From assembly GCA_964448115.1 (NCBI GenBank), contig CAYUVA010000020.1:1-64000 (forward strand): a stretch of 64,000 nt of DNA, written 5' to 3'. Source of the DNA: an uncultured bacterium. Lineage in GTDB: Bacteria > CAYUVA01. Below the pieces are notes generated by a model. It had not been told where the DNA came from, did no database searches, and saw only the letters and a program-made list of their open reading frames with translations. A program made the position numbers and the translations under genes. This document shows positions 37,661 through 46,771 of this stretch, piece by piece (within the stretch, counting starts at the first letter, position 1; each line of letters starts with the position of its first letter).

Positions 37661-39805
37661 ATGGCTGCGATAAGACCCAGCAAAAAAGACTATGAGAAGG
37701 CAGATGAGCACCTCAAAGAGCATGGATTACTCGATGGTCGATACACCGACTTCGAGCAATTGGGCAGAGGTGGCTTCGGCATGGTTTTCAAGGCTCATGA
37801 TAATAAACTCAATCGAGATATCGCAGTAAAGTTCATCTTGGGGGGGCTGGATGAGAAGGTTCGAATGGAGATCGAGTCCCTGGCTCGTCTTACCGGAAAT
37901 CCTCACATAACCCACATTTTCGATGCCTTTACCATCGCACCGGGGGAGATCGGACTCGATCCCGCGACCTGGGGCGAAGACAGTTTTCGAGAACGATCTG
38001 ATCTCGAGGATATCTTGGAATCGAATGTAACTGTACTTACACTTGAGCTTGTGGTTGGTCAATCGATGAGAAGAAAATTGATAGCGAATAAAAATAATAA
38101 ATTACGACATGATCCCAGGAAAGCAGCGGAATATATGCTTCAGACCTGCATAGGCATGGATTGGGCTCATATAAATAAAATTATACATCGAGATATCAAG
38201 CCGGATAACTTACTTATTGCCATTTTCAAAGATAAATCCCAATTACAACCATACATATCCACGATATATACCGAGACTATCAAGATCACCGACTTCGGAT
38301 TGGCAAAACTCAATGTAACTCAGCTCGAATATCATTCGGTGTCTGGTACACTTCAATACATGGCTCCGGAGGTAATACTCAACGGGATCAGCAATGAACG
38401 CACTGATATTTATTCCATTGGCATTGTCTTGTATGAACTTCTGGAGAATAAGCGCCCTATCCAGAAAGCAGATGGTTATGAGGAGGCTATGTCGCGCGCG
38501 GGGAAAGAAATTTTTTTACCTGAATCATATCCACGAGCGTTACGAGATATAGTACACAAGGCTTGCCATCCAGATCCCGACCAGAGATATAGCACCTGTA
38601 TGGAAATGGCTGTAGAGCTTAAGGAGTTCATCAGGCCGAGAGCCCAAGTGCAGATCGATCTGCAATCGATACATAAGACCATCTTGAAGGAGATCCTGCT
38701 TAATCGATGGCAAAAGGGAAAGCTCACTGAAGAGGACCGCAGGGATATCCAAGAATTCAAGCATGAATACAACATAAAGACCGCTATCGCTCGCCAGATT
38801 GAGACAGAGGTAAAAAAGGATCTCAATATCGTCACCGAGATGTCCGCCTTTGATGAGATAACCAGTGAAGAGGCATCCCCGATTGGCAAGCAGATTGAGG
38901 GCGCATTGGATCGACTTAAAAGTATATCAGAAAAGGTACCGAGAAAAGCTCGGCAAAACTATAGGAGTCTAACCTTTTTAGCAATCTTAGTCGTCATTGC
39001 TAGTGTGATCGCTTATTGGATTTTACATAAAGATGTAAGCGCTATAAAAAGTGAAGATCGCTTCTCCAATATGCTTGGCATGGAGTTTGTTCTTATCCCA
39101 GAGGGTCGCTTCCAGATGGGATCTCCTGTCTCGGAACCGGGACGCACCGATGCAGAGATGCTGCACTATGTAGAGATCTCGAAGCCTTTCTATATGCAAA
39201 CCACCGAGGTAACTCAAAGACAATGGGCGGAGGTTATGAAGGAGAATCCGTCCAAGTTCAAGGATAATGACCGTCCTGTGGAAAATGTCTCCTGGGAGAA
39301 GGTGCAGCTTTTCATCGAAAATCTAAATAACATCGATACACAGCATAAATATAGCCTTCCAACCGAGGCACAATGGGAATATGCCTGCCGAGCACACACA
39401 TCATCACCGTTCAATCATGGCGCATGTAAAGACTATACAAGAGATAATATACTATGCCAGGTAAGTTGCCTAGAGGATTACGCCTGGTTCTGTGGTAATG
39501 CTGGAGAAAAGACTCATCCGGTAGCACAAAAGAAGCCAAATACATGGGGGCTTTATGACATGCACGGAAATGTCTGGGAATGGTGTTATGACTACAAGGA
39601 AGATTATCCGACAGAGGACCTAGTGATAGATCCGAGCGGACCCCAAAGCGGAACACACAGGGTGATACGGGGAGGGGCATTTTACAGCCATGCATTTGCA
39701 TGTCGGTCTGCTTATAGGTTCTTCATGCTTCCTGATGAGGCTATGGAAGGCGTGGGGTTCAGGTTGATATGCACCCTGGATAAGGCATCAACTCCAAGTC
39801 AATGA
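37661..39805 (+). CDS. Hanks-type Ser/Thr kinase with TM helix and extracellular FGE-sulfatase (SUMF1-like) domain
   Basis: GRGGFG, AVK, HRDIKPDN, DFG and YMAPE; one TM; TEVT, LPTEAQWEYACRA, GLYDMHGNVWEW, RGG and GFRL. Confidence 0.93.
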   Translation: MAAIRPSKKDYEKADEHLKEHGLLDGRYTDFEQLGRGGFGMVFKAHDNKLNRDIAVKFILGGLDEKVRMEIESLARLTGNPHITHIFDAFTIAPGEIGLDPATWGEDSFRERSDLEDILESNVTVLTLELVVGQSMRRKLIANKNNKLRHDPRKAAEYMLQTCIGMDWAHINKIIHRDIKPDNLLIAIFKDKSQLQPYISTIYTETIKITDFGLAKLNVTQLEYHSVSGTLQYMAPEVILNGISNERTDIYSIGIVLYELLENKRPIQKADGYEEAMSRAGKEIFLPESYPRALRDIVHKACHPDPDQRYSTCMEMAVELKEFIRPRAQVQIDLQSIHKTILKEILLNRWQKGKLTEEDRRDIQEFKHEYNIKTAIARQIETEVKKDLNIVTEMSAFDEITSEEASPIGKQIEGALDRLKSISEKVPRKARQNYRSLTFLAILVVIASVIAYWILHKDVSAIKSEDRFSNMLGMEFVLIPEGRFQMGSPVSEPGRTDAEMLHYVEISKPFYMQTTEVTQRQWAEVMKENPSKFKDNDRPVENVSWEKVQLFIENLNNIDTQHKYSLPTEAQWEYACRAHTSSPFNHGACKDYTRDNILCQVSCLEDYAWFCGNAGEKTHPVAQKKPNTWGLYDMHGNVWEWCYDYKEDYPTEDLVIDPSGPQSGTHRVIRGGAFYSHAFACRSAYRFFMLPDEAMEGVGFRLICTLDKASTPSQ

Positions 39806-39816
39806 CATCTGGCTAA

Positions 39817-41211
39817 TCATAAATGAGGCAAATCCTCAAGCTCTTTTTTCGCCTTTATGAACCGGGGGTCGAGTTTCAGCGCTTCAAGGAATTCATCTTT
39901 GGCTCTCGGATAGATTTTAGCTGCCTTATATACGATGCCAAGGTGATAGTGATGGAGAGGATTGCCAGCCTCTGCCTCGATAGCTTGTGCTCCAGCTACC
40001 ACTGCCTTTCTTAGGTTTCGGCCGGTCTTTGCCAGGACATAAGCAAGGTAGCTTTGATACAAGGGATTCTTGGGGTCATACTGTATGGCGACCTGGATAC
40101 CAGTAAGCGCGTGTGCATAGTCCTTGTTGTTTATCGCCTCCAAAGCCCTCTTGAACCTTAGCTTTGCCAGCGATTTAAGATCGATCCTTCCCGAGCTCTC
40201 TTCTTTTAGTTTTTTATGTCTCTTGAGGTTGGTTAGTGCATCCTTGGCTAGTAGTGATGACCTGTAAAGAAATCCGATCGCCTTGGCGATATTTTTATCT
40301 TGAAATTGTTTCCAGCCATTTAAACAGAGTATGTCTGCTTGCTTGATTCGTTTTTCATCATCGGCATTCAATTCTCTTCGTATCGATTCGGTATCCTCGT
40401 CGCGTAGAAATTTATTATAGATCTTTAGAACTCTAATGAAGTTATCTCTCCCCTTTTCCAATTCTCCATTTTTTAGATCTTTCATGGCTTTTATCGACCA
40501 GTTTAATATGTTAATAAGATACTCTATTGAGTTCTTGAAATCTGCCTTGAACTCCTCTTTAGTCTCGAAGAACTCCTTGGCAATGCGCTGCATATTCTTA
40601 TCTCGCTTTATTGGGGATGGCTCCTTCTTGGAGTTTTCTAAATCATTGATCTCATCGCTTTTGAACTTCTTGAATTCATGAGACTCGAACCTATCAAAGA
40701 TGTCCTTGTAGCTATCGCTGGAGGGTTCCGATTTTTTCTTTTCCTTCTGCATCTCGGTCCAGATGAATTCGTTGGTTTCGCCGGTGGGATTATGATACTT
40801 AGGTTCTATTCCAAGGTCTTTTAGGTCTTGTTCAAAGTTTTTGGTTGCACGAGAGATAGGTTCCTGGTCCTTAGAATCAGTTGGTGTCTCAATTCCTCCA
40901 TCGGTCAAATCAAGGTCTAAATATAGTTCTTCCTTGTCTTCGGGAGCTTCGCCTTCAGCAGCGGATTCGGCTTCCTCCATCTCCTTTTGCCACTTGAGGT
41001 ACTGGTCGTATCGCTTGCGGTTCTTATCGTCGATTAAGAACTGATAGGCATCATAGACCTCATAGAACTTTTGTCCAGGTACCGAGCCGGTCTTCATCTC
41101 CCTCTGGTACTTCATGGATAGACGCGTAAAAGCCTGGCGGATCTCCTTCTTAGTAGCTTTTGGGTTAACTCCAAGAATCTTGTAATAGTTTGGGTACCGG
41201 TTCTCAGGCAT
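39817..41211 (-). CDS. J-like domain (no HPD) + acidic linker + TPR protein
   Basis: NYYKILGV...EIRQAF...AYQFL...RKRYD; HPD position reads YQRE; C-terminal TPRs. Confidence 0.8.
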   Translation of the reverse strand: MPENRYPNYYKILGVNPKATKKEIRQAFTRLSMKYQREMKTGSVPGQKFYEVYDAYQFLIDDKNRKRYDQYLKWQKEMEEAESAAEGEAPEDKEELYLDLDLTDGGIETPTDSKDQEPISRATKNFEQDLKDLGIEPKYHNPTGETNEFIWTEMQKEKKKSEPSSDSYKDIFDRFESHEFKKFKSDEINDLENSKKEPSPIKRDKNMQRIAKEFFETKEEFKADFKNSIEYLINILNWSIKAMKDLKNGELEKGRDNFIRVLKIYNKFLRDEDTESIRRELNADDEKRIKQADILCLNGWKQFQDKNIAKAIGFLYRSSLLAKDALTNLKRHKKLKEESSGRIDLKSLAKLRFKRALEAINNKDYAHALTGIQVAIQYDPKNPLYQSYLAYVLAKTGRNLRKAVVAGAQAIEAEAGNPLHHYHLGIVYKAAKIYPRAKDEFLEALKLDPRFIKAKKELEDLPHL

Positions 41212-41212
41212 C

Positions 41213-43483
41213 TCACTTCACCTCTTTCTTGAGATGTTCTTTAATCTCGTTTATAAATTTGAATCCGCTCACCTGGCTCAGCAATGATTTATCCATTCTT
41301 TGAAATACGAGTCTGCTGGGCATCGGTTTCAGCATCGGGGGCATGATGGCGATGATATGTATATCTGCTGTTACCGTGTTATCCTTGAGGAGCTTGATCA
41401 CCTCATAACGATTATTCTCTCTTATCTGATCTAGAGATACCAGGAAAAGATCTGGCTGTCTGGCGAGCATCTGCTCTATAGCATGTCTCATATCGGAAGT
41501 TAGGCGCAAGGTGATCACCTTCTCCTCGCAGATCTCATTAAGTGTTTGTTTGATCTGATCATCCTCGGCGAGCAGTAGGATATCAAGGTCGCCAAAGTCC
41601 TTGAACAGTTCCACCAGCATCTCATCGAACTCTTGCCTGATTCTATCTAGATTATCCAAAAAGATATAGTTTTCCAGACCGAGCGAGAACTCGCCATCCT
41701 GGTCTTCGGTCAGGTTAATTAAGGAAGAAACGATTATCTCGCCTGATTTTTTATCAGCCAGCATCTTGGGGATGACCTCCCTAAGGTCGATATTTTTTGA
41801 AAGTATATTAAGGTAATATGAAGCCTCCTTGAAGTGATTGGCATATTCGAGCAACTTTTGTGGACTTTCAACCGAGATGGGGACCAGATCCAACTCAGTT
41901 GCCATTTTTTCCAATTGGAGGCGCACAATGGGATCGTCCTCGACCACAATGAACTTATTGCGGTATCTCTCCGAGTCGCCGGCTTCCATCCTGGCGAATT
42001 GCGGGTACTTGAGCATCGGTATCTCGAAGTAAAATTCGGTCCATTGCTCTGGCTCGCTATTTACCTTGAGCTGGGCGCGGTGCAAGCGAAGGATGTTATC
42101 CACCGTCTTTAGTGAAAGGGTCTGTCCTTGAGTGATGTAATCAATATCGCTGCTTAGGTTGAAGATATTCTGAAGCTCCTCATCGGTTAATGCCTCACCC
42201 TCATGTCTGATGCCCAGATAAACGAAATCATCCATATTATGCGCATTCACTTGGATTGTGCTCAAAGGCTTGCTGTATCTCAAGGCATTGCGCATCAGGT
42301 TAAACAGCACAAGTATGACTAGCTGTTCATCGCCGAGTATCGGTTTCAGTTCCTTGTCAATATTCGGTGTGAAGGTCAGATTGAGTTTCTCAGCCATCCC
42401 CTCTAAGCCCCTGATTGTGCGGTAGATCAGTTTCTCAAGATGGAGTATGTCCCAGTTGAGCTTAAACTTCTCCTTCAGGTTGGTCAGGGTGTTCATCATA
42501 TCGGTGTTGTATATCTCCAACTGATCAACCAAATTGGAGACTGGCAGATATATCTTCTTCCACAGATCAGGATCTTGTGAAAGTATGATATCAAAGGTGT
42601 TTTTTATATCATTTATCGCATCATTGCTTTGCTTGAGCAGGTTCTCCAAAAAGACATTAACCAGGACATTTTCCTCCTTTCGGAAGGTGTATTCCCTAAG
42701 CGCAATGGAGAAGCCTACCAGCTCTTCATCAGCCTCCACTCTCGACATGGTTACCTCGATCATGTAATTGCCATAAGGCACCTTGAATAATATCGGCTCC
42801 GTATAAGTCGGTGCAGAGATTATGTCCAGGTTTCTTTTCAGCTCCTTTTGAGCACTGAGCAGCTCAAGTTCGGTGATCTGTTTTCCTAACCAGTCCTCGG
42901 CATCTATTTTAAGCAGCTTTTCAGCCACCGAATTGATGTAGTTTATTCTTAGGCTCTTATCACTGACCATAATACCGATATTGAGGCTGTTTATGATGCT
43001 TTGGTACCAGCGGATATATTCAAGTAGCTTGCGGGAGTGCATGTGCAAGTCTTCGTTTCCCTGCTCCATAACTAGTTCGTTTGCCTGAGGTGCAGCCTGA
43101 CCGGAAAGCTTACTGTGGATGAAATCTATGGTAGCCTCCGGGTTGCTGCTGCTTTTAATTATTATCTGGTCTTGATCGTACTCCAATTGTTTAAAGATCC
43201 ATCTTAGGTCTTCCTCATCAAGAAAGTAGGTCAGATAGTATATTTTACTCTTGGCTAACTTTTCATTCTTGGAGATGAAATTATGTATGGTAAAGCCTTC
43301 GGTAATGGGGATGATAAGGTTAAGGATGCAGAAGTCTGGCTTGAAGTCTTGCAGCACCTGTATGGCATCGTATCCGCTGGAGACGGTCTGTACCTTATAC
43401 CCAGCCTTGCTGAGTTTCTGGTCAAGTTGCTCACAGAATCGCTTATCATCGTCTATGATTAGAACCTGTCTTTTCTGTATCAT
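41213..43483 (-). CDS. Degenerate hybrid sensor protein: REC-PAS-(HisKA)-HATPase-REC-REC pseudokinase
   Basis: Receiver, PAS and HATPase folds are recognisable (N-box NLMRNALRYS); phospho-acceptor residues and G-boxes are substituted. Confidence 0.82.
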   Translation of the reverse strand: MIQKRQVLIIDDDKRFCEQLDQKLSKAGYKVQTVSSGYDAIQVLQDFKPDFCILNLIIPITEGFTIHNFISKNEKLAKSKIYYLTYFLDEEDLRWIFKQLEYDQDQIIIKSSSNPEATIDFIHSKLSGQAAPQANELVMEQGNEDLHMHSRKLLEYIRWYQSIINSLNIGIMVSDKSLRINYINSVAEKLLKIDAEDWLGKQITELELLSAQKELKRNLDIISAPTYTEPILFKVPYGNYMIEVTMSRVEADEELVGFSIALREYTFRKEENVLVNVFLENLLKQSNDAINDIKNTFDIILSQDPDLWKKIYLPVSNLVDQLEIYNTDMMNTLTNLKEKFKLNWDILHLEKLIYRTIRGLEGMAEKLNLTFTPNIDKELKPILGDEQLVILVLFNLMRNALRYSKPLSTIQVNAHNMDDFVYLGIRHEGEALTDEELQNIFNLSSDIDYITQGQTLSLKTVDNILRLHRAQLKVNSEPEQWTEFYFEIPMLKYPQFARMEAGDSERYRNKFIVVEDDPIVRLQLEKMATELDLVPISVESPQKLLEYANHFKEASYYLNILSKNIDLREVIPKMLADKKSGEIIVSSLINLTEDQDGEFSLGLENYIFLDNLDRIRQEFDEMLVELFKDFGDLDILLLAEDDQIKQTLNEICEEKVITLRLTSDMRHAIEQMLARQPDLFLVSLDQIRENNRYEVIKLLKDNTVTADIHIIAIMPPMLKPMPSRLVFQRMDKSLLSQVSGFKFINEIKEHLKKEVK

Positions 43484-43521
43484 ATTAGCTCCTGCCTTCC
43501 TTACAATCCGTCCGAGTGTCT

Positions 43522-43561
43522 AGTTCCCTTATATATAAATATATATAATGAAGGTTGTCAA
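43522..43561 (-). promoter_or_regulatory. Putative sigma70 promoter of the pseudokinase operon
   Basis: Minus-strand TTGACA followed ~17 bp later by an AT-rich -10-like tract within the near-palindrome TTATATATAAATATATATAA. Confidence 0.4.
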
Positions 43562-43709
43562 TTATTTATATTTCTCTTTCCAACCTGCCTTGGAAGCGTT
43601 TTCTTGCTTCTTCGAGTAATAGGATATTATAAACGCATATCTTTGTCAAAGTCATATCGCCTTCTTTTATATATAGTTATCCCATGGAGACATTTATGTA
43701 AGATATTTT

Positions 43710-45269
43710 TTATCGTCGCTCTATCTCCCATTGCACCAACCTGTCAGCCTCCAGCCTGATTCGGAGAATCTGCTTATCGGTGAAGATCTCCAAGATCTTA
43801 TAACCATCATGCTCGGAAAGTTCCTGAGGTAGAGTGAATATTTGTTGTATCTCCTCAAGGGTCGGTTTCATCTCAAGGATATCGGTCTGATAGGTATTAA
43901 AATCTGCGCTCCACTCCGAGAAGGCATAGCGAACTTTGCCATCCTTAAGCAGAAATACTATCAGGATAAAAATGTCCTCAAAGACCCATTTTTGGTCGAA
44001 CAAGGTTATCCGAGGATTGTCATAGTAGGAATATTTCTTATCCGGCTCGCCGGCGAAGTATGCTAGTTGCTGCTCGGTCAATCTCAGCCTCATTGGTATC
44101 TTGAAATCGAAATTGACAATGTCTCCTGGATATCGAATAAATAAAGGTTGTCTGTCCAGATAGAAAAGCTTCACAATAGTATCTCTGACCTTGAATCGAT
44201 AAAGATAAAAGACAGCTTCATCGGTGGAGATCTCCTTTATTACGCTTTTCTCCAGTGGCTCATCGAAGATGTCCTCGAGCACAGATATGAAGTCTATATC
44301 GCTTGGATCATGGATCTTGGCATTCAAGGGATCTATATAACCATCAAAACGATCGTCAAGCATATCGTTTTGGGTTATGTAATGCATTATATTCAAGGTT
44401 ATCAGGCAATATCCTAGCAGGTTTGGGTGCCCATCCCAGAACATGACCAGATCGCGATATTGGTCAAAGAACAGCCCAAACAGTGGGCGATTATCAATAA
44501 CGGTCAGGTTGCTATCCATCAATGCCCTGTGTAGGGGGATCAGTTGATTGAACTCCCTAGTAGGCGGATATGTTAAAAAAAGAACTTGGAAACCATTTGT
44601 AATCCCCAACTCATTCATCTTGCCAAAGTCATACCTAGCTACGCGATACTGCGCTTCATCGCTGGTGAGCAGCGTCTTGTATTCGCTATGACTCCACTCT
44701 CGGGTGAACCACTGTATATCATCTCGGTACCTGAGGTACTTCAATGCCCTGAAGATCCTGAGATTTTCAATCACCGACTGGATCTTTACAAAGATCCAGT
44801 GCTCCAGCCTTTTAGGCGGATAGAGCTTGAATAAGTTGGAGTTATAGAAGTTATGGATATTATTTTTACCTGCAAAAACTATGACCAGCTCTGGCACCTG
44901 GATATCAACCTTCTGCTTGAGTCTTCTCAACACCTGGCTCGAATTCCAAGAGGGCATGCCGAAGTTCTTGATGATATACTTTCTCCCCGTGGTGCTGTAC
45001 TTGTTCAGCAGATTGGATAGTTGTTCAGCTATGCTCATTCCTCGCGGCGCACCCATCCCATAGGCGTGCGAATCCCCCAGCAAGTAGATAAGATACTCCC
45101 CTTGCCGCTTCCTTTGTGCCCTCGATTCCGGAAGCCTGCTTATATAGAAAAAGGCGAGAAAACGAAGCGAAAGCTCACAAAGAACAAGCAGATACAGCGT
45201 AAACAACCCTATCTTGAGCAATCTGCGCAGAATGCCCTTTTTCTTCGTTTTATCCCTAGCTGTCATCAA
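43710..45269 (-). CDS. Membrane-anchored SGNH/GDSL hydrolase-family protein with extra C-terminal domain
   Basis: N-terminal TM; GDS (LGDSHAYG), G-x-N (GKNN) and DGHPN blocks. Confidence 0.8.
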   Translation of the reverse strand: MMTARDKTKKKGILRRLLKIGLFTLYLLVLCELSLRFLAFFYISRLPESRAQRKRQGEYLIYLLGDSHAYGMGAPRGMSIAEQLSNLLNKYSTTGRKYIIKNFGMPSWNSSQVLRRLKQKVDIQVPELVIVFAGKNNIHNFYNSNLFKLYPPKRLEHWIFVKIQSVIENLRIFRALKYLRYRDDIQWFTREWSHSEYKTLLTSDEAQYRVARYDFGKMNELGITNGFQVLFLTYPPTREFNQLIPLHRALMDSNLTVIDNRPLFGLFFDQYRDLVMFWDGHPNLLGYCLITLNIMHYITQNDMLDDRFDGYIDPLNAKIHDPSDIDFISVLEDIFDEPLEKSVIKEISTDEAVFYLYRFKVRDTIVKLFYLDRQPLFIRYPGDIVNFDFKIPMRLRLTEQQLAYFAGEPDKKYSYYDNPRITLFDQKWVFEDIFILIVFLLKDGKVRYAFSEWSADFNTYQTDILEMKPTLEEIQQIFTLPQELSEHDGYKILEIFTDKQILRIRLEADRLVQWEIERR

Positions 45270-45368
45270 ACCTACATTTCCTGTTGAATAAACGATCCAA
45301 GGCGTAATACTATCTCTGTGTTTAATTAATCAAGATAAAAGTATATCATTGAAGCGGTATTTGACCAA

Positions 45369-46700
45369 ATGGGTTGGATCTTCTGGAAAAAACGGGAATT
45401 CAAGAACATAAAGCACAGCCGGGATTACTTCCGCTGGGATGAGCGCCACCACCAGCCGCATACCGACATGGGAAAGCTGGGCAAGCTGTGGGAGGGGAGA
45501 AAAGACCTGGCTGCATACCTTGAGCTTGCAAGGCTGATAAAAAAGGATTGGGGCAATATAACCGCCGCAGTTGCCGACAATTCGCGCATAGCCACTGAGC
45601 ATAACCTCACAATCAAAGACCTGTCCGGCGTGGGCATAACCCCGATCGATAGATACTTGCAGCAGATCGTGGAGGGAATAGAAACACTTGGGATAACAAA
45701 TGTCCTGGTGCGCATGTACCGCTGGGAGGCTGATCGGCTAGCTCGCTATAAGCCATTGCTCGAAGCGTTGTCAGCATTGGGGTGCGATATCACCATATCA
45801 TGCATACAGGATCGCCAAGCGGTACTCAAACCACGGGTCTTCGGTGAATTCTTCAGGGCGCTGATCGATGCTTTCGGCGACAAGTGCTATCGTTTCGAGA
45901 TCGGTCATGCCCCTAATCGAAAGAAGTGGGGATGCTGGGTTTATGATGAGTATCTCCCTTTGTTCAACGAGGCGGCAAAGGTCGCTAGAGAGAATGCCGA
46001 CCGCAAGGTCAAGCTGTTGGCTCCTGCGGTTATTGATTTCGAGTATTATTTCACTTACGGCATTCTTAGGCATCTCAGCCCCGGCGAGTTGGATGCTGTT
46101 ACCCATCTCCTCTATGTCGATCGTCGCGGGATGCCTGAAAATAAGCAGTATTTTCGCTTTGACCTCATGGAGAAACTGCATCTGCTGAGGAGCATCTGTA
46201 ATGCTGCCGGCTTCGAGCATCCCCTGTGGATAACCGAGATGAACTGGCCGGTCAAGGCGCCCCGCCAGTATTCCCCGGCAGATCCGAGACTCCAGATTAA
46301 CGAGGAGTTATCTGCTGCATATCTGCTGCGATATCTCCTGATCGCCTGGGCGAGCGGTTATGTTGACAAAGTTTTCTGGTGGCAATTGATCAGCAAGGGA
46401 GTTGGTCTTATGGACGACCACAATGGCGCTTTTAGAAGGCGACCAGCATTTAGCATCTTAAGGCATCTCATGCATACCCTAAAGGATGCTCGCCCGGTTA
46501 CATATCGCCGAGATGGCAAAGAACATGTCGTTATCATCGAGCACCCCAGTTACGGAAGATGTGAGATATGCTGGCTTACCAAAGGGGTGAAGCTGTTGGA
46601 AGCCAGGCATTACAAGAAGGTAATTGAGCTGGTTCCCAGAAAAGAGACTGATGAAAAAATCGATAGCCTGTGTGAGCGACCTATTTTATTAATACCGTGA
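45369..46700 (+). CDS. Glycoside hydrolase-like TIM-barrel protein (clan GH-A-like)
   Basis: WITEMNW nucleophile-like strand, LLYVDRRG-x-PE and VFWWQL; acid/base region reads HAPN. Confidence 0.6.
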   Translation: MGWIFWKKREFKNIKHSRDYFRWDERHHQPHTDMGKLGKLWEGRKDLAAYLELARLIKKDWGNITAAVADNSRIATEHNLTIKDLSGVGITPIDRYLQQIVEGIETLGITNVLVRMYRWEADRLARYKPLLEALSALGCDITISCIQDRQAVLKPRVFGEFFRALIDAFGDKCYRFEIGHAPNRKKWGCWVYDEYLPLFNEAAKVARENADRKVKLLAPAVIDFEYYFTYGILRHLSPGELDAVTHLLYVDRRGMPENKQYFRFDLMEKLHLLRSICNAAGFEHPLWITEMNWPVKAPRQYSPADPRLQINEELSAAYLLRYLLIAWASGYVDKVFWWQLISKGVGLMDDHNGAFRRRPAFSILRHLMHTLKDARPVTYRRDGKEHVVIIEHPSYGRCEICWLTKGVKLLEARHYKKVIELVPRKETDEKIDSLCERPILLIP

Positions 46701-46771
46701 TCACGCCGCCTGATCGCAAATAGGAAAAAGAAACCACTGTTATGGCAAAAGCTATTGCTCAATTATGTCCC

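Noticed and set aside
39050-39805. FGE-sulfatase domain as a diversity-generating retroelement target
   Set aside because: No reverse transcriptase and no template-repeat copy seen in the window; a remote DGR cannot be excluded.
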